Part shown: positions 16,492 to 26,348 of the stretch, piece by piece
Layout of the letters: each line of letters begins with the position of its first letter
Position numbering within the stretch: the first letter of the stretch is position 1
IMG/VR virus record: IMGVR_UViG_3300028197_000002
Direction: 5' to 3' (one strand)
Origin: a virus
Lineage: Duplodnaviria > Caudoviricetes
Length of the DNA stretch: 64,000 bases
Notes under the pieces: model-generated
What the model was told of the DNA's origin: nothing
Databases searched by the model: none
Seen by the model: the letters and a program-made list of their open reading frames with translations, nothing else
Program-made: the position numbers and the translations under genes

Positions 16492-17046
16492 ATGGCAGTT
16501 CCAAATAATTTAATTGAACAAGTTTTCAGGCGAGTTGGTTCAAATAAACAATTATCTAATACTGTAAAAAAAGGAAGTTTAATAACTTTCAATTATACTT
16601 TTTTTAAAAATGATCCTTATCCCTTGGTGATTGCCAGCACTGTTAATCCGGGAAGCAAAATCTGGGGAATAAACCTACATTATTTAACTTTTAACTATAT
16701 TAAAAAAACTTTAAGAAACTGCAATAATCCATTTTTTTCATATGCAGGATCTATAAAAGGCGATTCTTTTTTGCAAAATGCATATAGATCTTACAAATGG
16801 TCAGGCATTAGACAAATAAAAGTACTAGATTGCGATGTTCTATTGGATGCAATAGGCACTACAAGAAGCATAGATCCAGCAGAAGTTGAAATAATAAGAA
16901 GAAATGCAGAAGAGCAAATTAATAAACAAATTAACCCAAAAGCGAACGAAGTTAATTTGAAAACACTAAATAACATACAGCAAGATGCACCTACTGGAAT
17001 TATTCCTACCGTACCCAACGTCCCATCTATAAATGACCCGGAATAA
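16492..17046 (+). CDS. T4 gp2-like DNA end protector protein
   Basis: GSLITFNY...DPYPLVI...IWGINLHYL...YRSY matches the gp2 pattern (F.Y...D.FPLV...G+NLHYL). Confidence 0.65.
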   Translation: MAVPNNLIEQVFRRVGSNKQLSNTVKKGSLITFNYTFFKNDPYPLVIASTVNPGSKIWGINLHYLTFNYIKKTLRNCNNPFFSYAGSIKGDSFLQNAYRSYKWSGIRQIKVLDCDVLLDAIGTTRSIDPAEVEIIRRNAEEQINKQINPKANEVNLKTLNNIQQDAPTGIIPTVPNVPSINDPE

Positions 17047-17049
17047 TAA

Positions 17050-20000
17050 ATGGCAGATAAAGTACCACCTGATTTTTCAGAAATACATAAATCTTTTGAT
17101 TCATTAGTAAATGCACTAAATGAAGATACTAGTGCTATAAAAGATCTGCCTGATAATATGGCAAGCGCAATGAATAATAATAAATCTTCTTTTGATAAAT
17201 CAATAGAAGATTTAGTAAAAATCATGTCTGCTCTAACGGGACTTAATGAATCAGTTTTAAAGTCATCTCAAGATGCGCAGAAGTATTTCAAAGATCTTGC
17301 AAAATCAGCAAATGACGCTAATAAAGATAGACAAAAACAAGAAAAATCTTCTGAAAAAAGTAGTCAAGATTTACTTGGAGCGGTTGAGCGCGTAGGTGAA
17401 AACGTTAATGACATGAACAAAAACCTAGAAAAATCCATATCGGGATTTGCTGAGGTTAATAACAAGAATTTTGACGACACGATGGCTCTCACGAAGGCGA
17501 TTGGTTACAAACCGTCCACATCAACGCAAGCACAAGCAGGAGCAGCAGAAGTAGCAGCAGGAGTAGCAAATCCACCACCACCTGATTTTGGGAAAGGAAG
17601 GTTTGAATTTGATGATAATGACTTTTTCAAAAGACAAGGAAATCAGTTAACTAGTTATCTCGCTCAGTTAACAGGAGGCGTAGGTCTAACTCAAGTTTTA
17701 TTTACAGGTGCTGCTAAAGACGCTTTTATATTTCAAGCCGCATTGCGAGAAGTTGCATTTGAGACTCAAGGCATAACAGGAGATACTAGAGATCTACAAG
17801 TTGCATTTGGAAAATATGGTGATGTAGTTGAAGCAACTGGAAAAAACGTAGACGAGTTTCAAAATGAATACCTTAAAAATTTAAAGAAAGGAACCAAAGC
17901 TAATCAATCTGGACTTAAGGTTATAAAATCAGGATTAGCCGCGTCAACTTTAATAGGCTCAAGTACAGAAGCAACAGCTGATCTTTTTGGTGAATGGAAT
18001 AGAACTTTAGGTCTTAGCGAAAGGCAAATGCAACAATTGTCTAGAGATTCATTGTCTGTTTCTAGAAGTACAGGCGTGACTGGCGATGAACTTGTTAATG
18101 CAATGAATGCATCTAAAAAGATTTTAGAAAATTTAAGAAATCAAGGAAATCTCACAAGCCTTGCAATGAAAAATGTAATTGGCATGTCTGCTGAGGCTCA
18201 AAAAGTAGGCGTAGGAGATGCCTATATGAAAATTGCAAATGCTCTATCAAGTACAAATTCATTATTAGAATCTACAAGTGATGCGACTGGAGGTTATCTT
18301 CTTAGTGTAGGAGCTGCTATTGGGAAAACGGGAACCATGCTTGAAGGAACCTTCATGCAGTCAAGAAAAAATTTAGGTTCTTTAGCTTCAGGAATGGAAG
18401 GAACTTTAAAAAGACTGACCGGCGATGTTGGAATGACGTTTGAGCAGATAGGAAATCTGAGTGTTAAAGAACGACAAAGACTTTCTATACAGCTAAAAGG
18501 ATTAACTGGCATGGAACTTACTGAGTTCCAAAGAGTTGGAGAAACGTTTCGAAAGCAATCTAGAGGCATAGCAGGAACGCTAAAAGATCTTGAAGACGAA
18601 ATGAAAAATACCAACATGACAGCCGAGGAAAGAGTAAAGGCTGAAGCAGATTATGCAAATGCACTAAGCAACCAAGGACTTGCGGCATCAACAGCTTTTG
18701 ATAAATCCCTTAAAGCAATTGATCCAAATGCTTTTGGAAGCAAGATGAAAGCTTTTGAATCAGCAACTGGAAGTTTTGTTGATGATTTAAAGCAAAGCGG
18801 AAATCTTGGAGAATTTAGAGAAGATTTGTCTGCTGCGATTGGAGGTTTGGCTAGTAAAGATGTAGGCATCGAGATTAATGGTCAAAAGATAACACAAGAT
18901 GTATTAAAAGGATTAGATCCTATTAATAATGCTGGAGATGCCGCATTGATGATGGGAGCGCAGCAACTTGCTGCTGCCGAATCTTTGAAATTAGCTGCTG
19001 AGAAGAATAAAATTGATCTTAAAGACATGGGATTAGATGCTGATTTTTCAAGCAAACTTAAAAAAGCCATAGAAAGTGGAGATACTTTAAGAATAAGAGA
19101 GATAAATGATGAGATGTCTACTGCCGCTCAAAAAATGGGAGTTGACTTAAAAAAAGGAACAAGCCCTACAAGTGAGTTAAGTAATGCTCTTAACAAGCTT
19201 AATCAGACAATAAGAAATTTAACTTCTGGTCCTCTTATGATGTTTTTAGATATGTTGGGAGGCATGGGTTTACTTTTAACTATATTAGGTGGAACAGCAG
19301 TAGCTGCTGGTTTTGGTCTGTATCAGTCAGCTAAAATGTTCAGTTTAGGTTCAGCAGCTCTGACCAAAGGTTTGAGTGCTATGGGTTTGAAAAAACAAGC
19401 CCTTGCAGTACACAAGAATTCCAAAACTATTAATCGTGCTGTCGGAAGTGTAGAGAAATCAGTGGGCAATGCGGCTGCGAATATAAAAACAGGTACAAGA
19501 TCAATTTTTGAGCCATTCACTAAAGGATTCTCAAGAGCAAGATCTCAAGGACAAGGTTTTTTCAAATCACTAGATCGAGGTCTAGGAGGACTGATTCAAT
19601 CAAGTAACAAAACTAGAGGACTTATGAAGCTCCCAAGTGCTGTTTACAACACGTTTGATTCAGTAGGAAAAGGAATCACACAAATTACAAATCCTGTAGC
19701 TCAAGGTGCAAAAAATATATTTAAACCTTTTGGGACAGGTTTCAAAACAGCAACGTCTCAAGGCGCAGGATTCTTCGAATCTTTAGGAAAAGGTTTCAAA
19801 TCACAAGGATTATCAAGTTATTTTAAAACAGCTAGTAAAGCTAGCACAGCTTATGCTAACTCTTTAACTAAAATAGGACAAGCTCAAAATTATTTAATTA
19901 GAAATGGATCAAACGCATTAAATGTTATAAAATCGTCAGGCGCAAGTACTTTGTCTTCTTTGAAATCTACTGGCTCTTCTGCTGTTAAAACCATCACCTC

Positions 20001-23000
20001 TAAAACAACAGATATGTTTGGAGCTTTTGGAAAAGGATTTACACGAGCAAGATCAGCAGGAGATGGATTCTTTAAATCTTTGATAAGAGGATTTAAAGGT
20101 GGGTCTATGACATTAGGAACAGTACAAAAAGGAGTAAGAGGTGTTGGTACTGTAAAAGCAGGTATTAGCTCGGCAAGAGCAGGCCTTGCTGCTAGAGGTG
20201 GAATAAAAGGACTAGCAAAAGCCGCAGATGCAAAAGCTCTTGTTGGATTTACTAAAACTTTAAGCGCAGGAAAATCTGGACTCAAACTAGCAACCGGTGG
20301 TATTAAAGGCTTGTTTAAAGCTATAAGTACCGCTGGTAAAAGTTTTCCTCCTTTAGCTATTGCTCTTGCTGCCATTGATGGCATCATAGGCGGGTTTATG
20401 GGCTTTTCTAGAACTGCTGGTAGGTTTGAAAAAGATTTTGGCGAATTAAATGCTGGAATGTATGCGTCTTCGACTGTAGCCGGTGTTTTAGTTGGAATAT
20501 TAGACGGTCTAACTTTTGGACTACTTAATTTCTCAGGTGTTGGTAGAGCTTTGGAAGATTACTTGGCTTATTCTATCAATACTATAATGGGTCTTTTCTA
20601 CGGAATGGTAGATGGAATTAAAGCGGCATTTTCTTTAGTAAGCAATGCATTTAGTGGAATAGGAGAACAGTTTGCAAGAATAGGACAAACAGTATTAGGC
20701 GCATTTAATAAAATATTTGGAATATTTGGAGTACAGGCAGACAGCATGGGAGGCATGTTTGCAATACTTTATGATGTTATGAAGGCAATTGGAAAGCCTA
20801 TAGGATTTATAATAGGACTTCCTTTGGCTGCAACATTTTTTGTTTTAGGAAAAGCAATAAGCTTGCTTATTGTTCCTATAGAAATTTTAGCAAATTTAAT
20901 ATCTGCTGCTGTTGATGTTGTTGTTGGTTTTAGTAAAGCCATATATGGACTTCTCACTTTTGATTTCGATATGATTGGTGCAGGATTCAAGCAAATTTTT
21001 GGTGGGTTGTATGATGCAGTAGCAGGAACTATTGGCCCTATAGTAAATTGGGTATCAGGAGTATTTACTGGATTATACGACATTGTAGCTGGAACTGTTG
21101 GTCCTGCACTTGATTGGCTTAAATGGGCATTTGGAGGAATATATGCTTTTATCGCTCCTATAGTAGTAGCTATTGGAACCGTAATTTCCACCGTATTTGG
21201 TGCAATATACAAAACAGTTAGTTATATTGCTAATGCAATAGCCTCCGTAATTTCCACCGTATTAAGTCCTATAGTAAATTTGGTATCAGGAGTATTTACT
21301 GGAATATACAATACCATCGCAAAAACTCTTGGAGGTATTGTAGATTGGTTTAGTTGGTTGTGGAAAACATTAGTAGGAGGTTCTATAGTTCCTGACATGG
21401 TTACAGGAATTATAAATTGGTTTTTAAAACTACCACAAAAAATATTCTCTGCTTTAATGACCATACCAAAAATGATTGGAAATGTTTTTTCTAATATTGG
21501 TTCTTATCTTTCTAGTTTTGGAACAGAAAGTTACTTTGGAACCTTAATGTCTCAAATAGGAAATGTATTTAGTTTTATTGGAAGCACTATATCAAATGTT
21601 GTCGGAGCTTTGCAAGGAGTATTTAATATATTCTATGGAATAGCTACTTTGGACTTTGGAAAAATATGGGAAGGCATAGTAGGCATAGGCGCCGCCATAG
21701 GAAATCAAATCAAAGACATAGGTAAGTTTTTATATGCAGGAATTAAAAATTCAGTTTCTTATCTTTTCAAAGTTTTAAAAAGAATTCCTGCCACAATCTT
21801 CAGAGTTTTAAAATCAACTTTCATAGCATTTCCTAAGTGGTTGTTAGGAAAAGTTATGGATGTTGCTTATCTATTTGGAACCTTCTTGGCACGAATACCA
21901 GAAATGCTCTACAAAGGAATTGTAAAAACTATAAAAAGAATAGGAGAATTTTTATACAACGCGTTTATGTGGCCTTTTAGAAAAATAGCTGAGTTTGCAA
22001 CATTTATTTATGACAAGGTCGTTGGGCTATTAAATAAAACACTCGAATTCTTTATGGATATTCCGGGACATGTAGGAGCTGGAATTTCTGCTTTGTGGGA
22101 GGGATTGTCAGGCTTAGGAGGAATGATATTAGATGGATTGGCAGGCTTAGGAGGAATGATATTAGGTGGATTGAAATCTGTTTTTGTAGATTTTCCAAGC
22201 TGGTTGCTTAGTAGCATAATTTCTGGACTTGGAAATTTAGGGGGAATGATATTAGGTGGATTGAAATCTGTTTTTGTAGATTTCCCAAGCTGGTTGCTTA
22301 GTAACATGATTTCTGGACTTGGAAATTTAGGGGGAATGCTAGCAGACGGTATTAAATCTGCTTTTTCAAGTATTGGTAATATTGCATCTTCAATAGGACA
22401 ATCAATACTAGATGGAATCTATAATGTTTTTGTAGGATTTCCAACTTGGCTATATGACCAATTCACAGGAGCTTTATCCGGTGTGTGGGATTACATAAAA
22501 AGTTGGATTCCGGGAATGGGAGCCATAGATGGTTATAATGAATCATCAGTTGCTCAAGAAGCAACTAGATTGCAAGAAGGAAATAGTATGCTCCATGCAG
22601 GAGGAGCAGCTGTTGGCGGTGTTGGTGATATACTAACTGGTGACTTTAGCGAAGGAGCATCTAAAGTTGGGGGAGCTATAAAAGAAGGAGTATACGCTGC
22701 TGGAGAAACTATATCTGATGCTGCTAATGGTGCTTGGGAAGGAGCAAAGGCAGTCGGATCTTATCTAAACCCTTTCAATTACTTTAATGAAGGAACAAGA
22801 CAAATACAGCAAACTGGATTGGCCATGCTTCATGAAGGCGAAATGGTTGTTCCAAAAAATATAACTAATATGGTTGCTGAAGGAAATGGAGTATTCCCAA
22901 GTTTGTCTTCAGCTTTCTCAGGAGTTTTCGCAGGTCTTGGAGACATGCTAACAAACCCTCTCGGCACAGCGAAAAATACTTTAGGTGGCATAAAAAACAT

Positions 23001-23865
23001 GTCGAGTATGTTTTCAAACGTAATAGATCCTTTGGGAATAGGAAAGATTACAGGAGACATGCTAACAAACCCTCTTGGCACAGCGAAAAATGATTTAGGT
23101 GGCATAGAAAACATATCGAGTATGTTTTCAAACGTAATAGATCCTTTGGGAATAGGAAAGATTGCAGGAGACATACTAACAGATCCTCTTGGCACAGCAA
23201 AAAATGCTTTAGGTGGAATTAAAAATTTGTTTTCTAACAAAGAGCCAAATGAAATAGCATCTAAAGAATTACCTTCAACTATTGTTCAAAAACATGGCAC
23301 AATGCCAGTTTTAATTATGAACTGGTCTGAGATAGCGAATGCCATGGGCATAAAAGAACCAAGTGCACCAGAAATTTCATTAGGTAAAATATTAGAAAAC
23401 ATAGGCCCACAAATTATGTCTCCTCTTGGATTGCTTGAATCCATAGGTCTTCCGGGAATTGGAAACATTGGAAGTGCAATAAGTTATTTTGGAAACGAAC
23501 CAGAAACAGCAACTCCATTAGACATGCAACCTGCACCATTAACAGATGTAGGTCAATCAATAGTCAAAGAAAGAACTTCTTCACAAGCTGGCGTCGGGAA
23601 GCTTCAAAGCGATGAGTTAACAAGAATGGAAGAAGCTTCTAATAAACAAGTGAGTGAATTAGAACAAATTAATCAAGGAATACAAGATCTAGTAGGATTT
23701 ATGCGTCCAACCGGAGGTGGAGCAACAGAATCTTCTTCTAGTGACGCTATAATAGGAGATACAAAAAATACTAGAGTTCCTAGGAACTCACCAATATTTG
23801 GAACAATGAAGTATGGATATGCTTCAGGAGGACCAAATAGACAAATTATAAATGATGGTAAATAA
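17050..23865 (+). CDS. Tail tape-measure-like protein (2271 aa)
   Basis: Long Ala/Gly-rich amphipathic helical protein with aromatic periodicity and hydrophobic segments; LAMLHEGEMVVP motif; immediately upstream of baseplate genes. Confidence 0.85.
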   Translation: MADKVPPDFSEIHKSFDSLVNALNEDTSAIKDLPDNMASAMNNNKSSFDKSIEDLVKIMSALTGLNESVLKSSQDAQKYFKDLAKSANDANKDRQKQEKSSEKSSQDLLGAVERVGENVNDMNKNLEKSISGFAEVNNKNFDDTMALTKAIGYKPSTSTQAQAGAAEVAAGVANPPPPDFGKGRFEFDDNDFFKRQGNQLTSYLAQLTGGVGLTQVLFTGAAKDAFIFQAALREVAFETQGITGDTRDLQVAFGKYGDVVEATGKNVDEFQNEYLKNLKKGTKANQSGLKVIKSGLAASTLIGSSTEATADLFGEWNRTLGLSERQMQQLSRDSLSVSRSTGVTGDELVNAMNASKKILENLRNQGNLTSLAMKNVIGMSAEAQKVGVGDAYMKIANALSSTNSLLESTSDATGGYLLSVGAAIGKTGTMLEGTFMQSRKNLGSLASGMEGTLKRLTGDVGMTFEQIGNLSVKERQRLSIQLKGLTGMELTEFQRVGETFRKQSRGIAGTLKDLEDEMKNTNMTAEERVKAEADYANALSNQGLAASTAFDKSLKAIDPNAFGSKMKAFESATGSFVDDLKQSGNLGEFREDLSAAIGGLASKDVGIEINGQKITQDVLKGLDPINNAGDAALMMGAQQLAAAESLKLAAEKNKIDLKDMGLDADFSSKLKKAIESGDTLRIREINDEMSTAAQKMGVDLKKGTSPTSELSNALNKLNQTIRNLTSGPLMMFLDMLGGMGLLLTILGGTAVAAGFGLYQSAKMFSLGSAALTKGLSAMGLKKQALAVHKNSKTINRAVGSVEKSVGNAAANIKTGTRSIFEPFTKGFSRARSQGQGFFKSLDRGLGGLIQSSNKTRGLMKLPSAVYNTFDSVGKGITQITNPVAQGAKNIFKPFGTGFKTATSQGAGFFESLGKGFKSQGLSSYFKTASKASTAYANSLTKIGQAQNYLIRNGSNALNVIKSSGASTLSSLKSTGSSAVKTITSKTTDMFGAFGKGFTRARSAGDGFFKSLIRGFKGGSMTLGTVQKGVRGVGTVKAGISSARAGLAARGGIKGLAKAADAKALVGFTKTLSAGKSGLKLATGGIKGLFKAISTAGKSFPPLAIALAAIDGIIGGFMGFSRTAGRFEKDFGELNAGMYASSTVAGVLVGILDGLTFGLLNFSGVGRALEDYLAYSINTIMGLFYGMVDGIKAAFSLVSNAFSGIGEQFARIGQTVLGAFNKIFGIFGVQADSMGGMFAILYDVMKAIGKPIGFIIGLPLAATFFVLGKAISLLIVPIEILANLISAAVDVVVGFSKAIYGLLTFDFDMIGAGFKQIFGGLYDAVAGTIGPIVNWVSGVFTGLYDIVAGTVGPALDWLKWAFGGIYAFIAPIVVAIGTVISTVFGAIYKTVSYIANAIASVISTVLSPIVNLVSGVFTGIYNTIAKTLGGIVDWFSWLWKTLVGGSIVPDMVTGIINWFLKLPQKIFSALMTIPKMIGNVFSNIGSYLSSFGTESYFGTLMSQIGNVFSFIGSTISNVVGALQGVFNIFYGIATLDFGKIWEGIVGIGAAIGNQIKDIGKFLYAGIKNSVSYLFKVLKRIPATIFRVLKSTFIAFPKWLLGKVMDVAYLFGTFLARIPEMLYKGIVKTIKRIGEFLYNAFMWPFRKIAEFATFIYDKVVGLLNKTLEFFMDIPGHVGAGISALWEGLSGLGGMILDGLAGLGGMILGGLKSVFVDFPSWLLSSIISGLGNLGGMILGGLKSVFVDFPSWLLSNMISGLGNLGGMLADGIKSAFSSIGNIASSIGQSILDGIYNVFVGFPTWLYDQFTGALSGVWDYIKSWIPGMGAIDGYNESSVAQEATRLQEGNSMLHAGGAAVGGVGDILTGDFSEGASKVGGAIKEGVYAAGETISDAANGAWEGAKAVGSYLNPFNYFNEGTRQIQQTGLAMLHEGEMVVPKNITNMVAEGNGVFPSLSSAFSGVFAGLGDMLTNPLGTAKNTLGGIKNMSSMFSNVIDPLGIGKITGDMLTNPLGTAKNDLGGIENISSMFSNVIDPLGIGKIAGDILTDPLGTAKNALGGIKNLFSNKEPNEIASKELPSTIVQKHGTMPVLIMNWSEIANAMGIKEPSAPEISLGKILENIGPQIMSPLGLLESIGLPGIGNIGSAISYFGNEPETATPLDMQPAPLTDVGQSIVKERTSSQAGVGKLQSDELTRMEEASNKQVSELEQINQGIQDLVGFMRPTGGGATESSSSDAIIGDTKNTRVPRNSPIFGTMKYGYASGGPNRQIINDGK
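22147..22338 (+). repeat. 90-nt tandem duplication inside the tape measure gene
   Basis: LGGMILGGLKSVFVDFPSWLLS..ISGLGN x2 plus start of a third copy; near-identical DNA. Confidence 0.9.
22939..23226 (+). repeat. 114-nt tandem repeat (about 2.5 copies) inside the tape measure gene
   Basis: GDMLTNPLGTAKN.LGGI.N.SSMFSNVIDPLGIGKI units start at 22939, 23053 and 23167. Confidence 0.9.
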
Positions 23866-23873
23866 GGAGTAGT

Positions 23874-24443
23874 ATGCCACTAGCAACAACATTAACAGGA
23901 CAGCTTAAACCGATACGAGAATGTTATATTATTATTCCGGGAGCTAAAACAATAATTTTAGATAATTTGCCTGATATAGGAGACACTAAAAGTGCAACCT
24001 ATGCTGACGAAACCATCATTGGAAGATCTAGTCCTATCAAAACATACTCCTTATCAGATAATAGAAGCATCACCATGCAGCTTCATTTCATCATATCAAA
24101 GCCTAACGATGTAACAGAGAACTTAGAGAGTTTAAGAGCAATTCAAAGTGCGGCATATCCAAGAAACGGAGCAGATGGCGAGCCTTTTATTCCTCCTCCT
24201 GTTTGTAAAATTAGATGTGGTCAGCTTTTGAAAAAAGATGGAGACTTGTGCGTTGTTTTAAAAAATTACTCGGTCAAATTCCCAACAGATGTTTCTTGGA
24301 TAAGTGATAATCAACTTGGAAACGGCGCTGGGTTTGATAAGCCTTTTACTCCTATGAAGTTTTCTGTTGACACAACTTGGGATGTTGTCTATTCGAGTTC
24401 TTCACTTCCGGGCCAAAATAAAATATTTTCATTAGGAGGATAA
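23874..24443 (+). CDS. Tail tube initiator / baseplate protein (gp54/CIS-tube-like)
   Basis: Position after TMP; I.D.KSA.Y....IIGRS.PI..Y..S..R.I...L.F and PPPVC.IR.G patterns. Confidence 0.6.
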   Translation: MPLATTLTGQLKPIRECYIIIPGAKTIILDNLPDIGDTKSATYADETIIGRSSPIKTYSLSDNRSITMQLHFIISKPNDVTENLESLRAIQSAAYPRNGADGEPFIPPPVCKIRCGQLLKKDGDLCVVLKNYSVKFPTDVSWISDNQLGNGAGFDKPFTPMKFSVDTTWDVVYSSSSLPGQNKIFSLGG

Positions 24444-24444
24444 A

Positions 24445-24774
24445 ATGGCAAATTCAATAGAATATTCAAGTAAAAATGCAAATGTTTTTGTTAGTCCTAC
24501 AAGCAGGTATTCAAGTAGCAGAGTAGTTCTTTATACAGATGAAAAATTTATAACTTTTGAAACATATAAGAAAAAAAAATATGATCCTACTGCACAAGAT
24601 CAAGTTACTGTCGTTCCAAGTGGAATGCAATACAGACCAGATTTGGTTTCCAAAAAAAAATACGGAACAGTAGATTTTTGGTGGAAGATAATGGAAATAA
24701 ATGGAATAAAAGACGTATATGATTTTAAAGCAGGAATGACAATCACTTTACCGGGGAATCCATATGCCTCATGA
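24445..24774 (+). CDS. Baseplate wedge gp53/LysM-like protein
   Basis: QYRPDLVSKKKYGTVDFWWKIMEINGIKDVYDFKAGMTITLP. Confidence 0.8.
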   Translation: MANSIEYSSKNANVFVSPTSRYSSSRVVLYTDEKFITFETYKKKKYDPTAQDQVTVVPSGMQYRPDLVSKKKYGTVDFWWKIMEINGIKDVYDFKAGMTITLPGNPYAS

Positions 24775-26317
24775 AAGAAAAGGATGTTTAGCAGGATGCA
24801 TTTCTGATTACAAAGCAGACGGACCAAATGGATCTGGCGTAGAACCACTAGGTGGCACTTTCAGCGAAGTTGCAAGCATGGCCCCTTATATAGAAGCAAG
24901 AATAGAAGGCTCAAATGGTGCCCAAGTAACAGTAGGCAACAACTCATTCAGTGCCGATCCAAATACTGCTGTTGTCAAATCTATAGAATACGGATTTGAT
25001 AATATGATGCAAGGAAAAATAGAAATAGTAGATGAAAACGGTGGGGAAACTGGATTTTTTCAAACAACCTTGCAGAAAATGGAAAAATGCATTCCTACGC
25101 TGGGTACAGGACACCAGATAATATTTAAAGTAGGCTGGGTTGGTGTTGATTGTGATGGAGCTGTAAAAAGGAGTCTAACAAGTGAAAAAAAAGCTATAAT
25201 TCAGCGAATTACTTCTCAAGTAAGTAACGGGTTGATAAGATTTACAATAGGCTTTGGCCCTGTTGAATCTGTTCTTCAAACTTTTCACATTGATAAAACT
25301 TTTGGAACTGAAGAAGATCCTATTAAGTTATCTGACGCTCTTCAGCAATTAGCAAGTTACACTGAAGGAGGAAGTCCTAAAATTGAAGTAACATATGCTA
25401 AAAGAAATGCAGACGGAGAAATCGTAACTGTTCCCTCTTTTAATTGGGATAAACATGGAGAAGAAAGTCCAAAAGCTTGCTGGGCAGCGAACATGTCAAA
25501 TAAATATGAAACTATAGCGTCTTGGATATCTCCTTACAGAGTTAAGGATGGAAGTGAAACTAAAGGAATCACAATAATACATGATCCACAAGTTCCGAAC
25601 AGAGTAACATTGCTTTTAGACCCTTCTCCAACTGAAAATGAAAAACTAGGGGGCAAAGTTGTTTGTAATTATATCGTTAATGGAGGATCTTGCTCGAATG
25701 TTTTAGAGTTTAATCCAACACTAGACATAGTTAGTGTAATGAAAAAAGCTAGATCTGGTGGAAGTTCTGGTGGTGCTCTAACTTCGAATGGAGAATTCGT
25801 AGAAGACGAAACAAAACCCACACCGGGAGCAGCCGGAGTTGACGCAGGACCACAAACACAAATAGTTCCTACTCAACCAGCAGTATACACAGAAGGAACA
25901 AGAAATGCTCAAAAAGAAATGAATAAATCTCAAGATGTTCATTTTAAAGCAGAAGGTGTCAATATGGTAGCTAAAGGTGGAATTACTGCTGATCTTAGAA
26001 TAGTAGGATCTACTTTACCAGATTATCATTCTATGCAGTCTAAAGGAAAGCTTGTTAGCATCACAATTATAAATCCATTTACCATAAAAGGAGGTGATGA
26101 TGAAAGTTGTGGAGATTTTTTACAAAAAGCAGAGTGCAATCAATTTCTTAGTAACAAATCTTGGCTGATTCTTGGATGGAGTCATTCTATTCAAGAAGGT
26201 TCTTTTGTTACTACTTTAAAGGTACAGCTAGCAGCTCCCGGATTTGATCTGTCCACAAGTGCCGAAAATACACTTGGTGCTAACCCTAGTGGAATTCCCG
26301 TAGAAAATGTATGTTAA
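24764..26317 (+). CDS. Baseplate hub protein (gp27/gpD-like)
   Basis: Synteny between gp53-like and gp5-like genes; C-terminal W.I.GWSHSIQEGSFVTTLKV beta pattern. Confidence 0.6.
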   Translation: MPHERKGCLAGCISDYKADGPNGSGVEPLGGTFSEVASMAPYIEARIEGSNGAQVTVGNNSFSADPNTAVVKSIEYGFDNMMQGKIEIVDENGGETGFFQTTLQKMEKCIPTLGTGHQIIFKVGWVGVDCDGAVKRSLTSEKKAIIQRITSQVSNGLIRFTIGFGPVESVLQTFHIDKTFGTEEDPIKLSDALQQLASYTEGGSPKIEVTYAKRNADGEIVTVPSFNWDKHGEESPKACWAANMSNKYETIASWISPYRVKDGSETKGITIIHDPQVPNRVTLLLDPSPTENEKLGGKVVCNYIVNGGSCSNVLEFNPTLDIVSVMKKARSGGSSGGALTSNGEFVEDETKPTPGAAGVDAGPQTQIVPTQPAVYTEGTRNAQKEMNKSQDVHFKAEGVNMVAKGGITADLRIVGSTLPDYHSMQSKGKLVSITIINPFTIKGGDDESCGDFLQKAECNQFLSNKSWLILGWSHSIQEGSFVTTLKVQLAAPGFDLSTSAENTLGANPSGIPVENVC

Positions 26318-26348
26318 ACCCTAAATTAAATAATATTAAAATAATAAA

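Noticed and set aside
18294-23468. Minus-strand ORFs inside the tape measure gene
   Set aside because: Antisense shadows of a long coding frame, without SD or recognisable motifs
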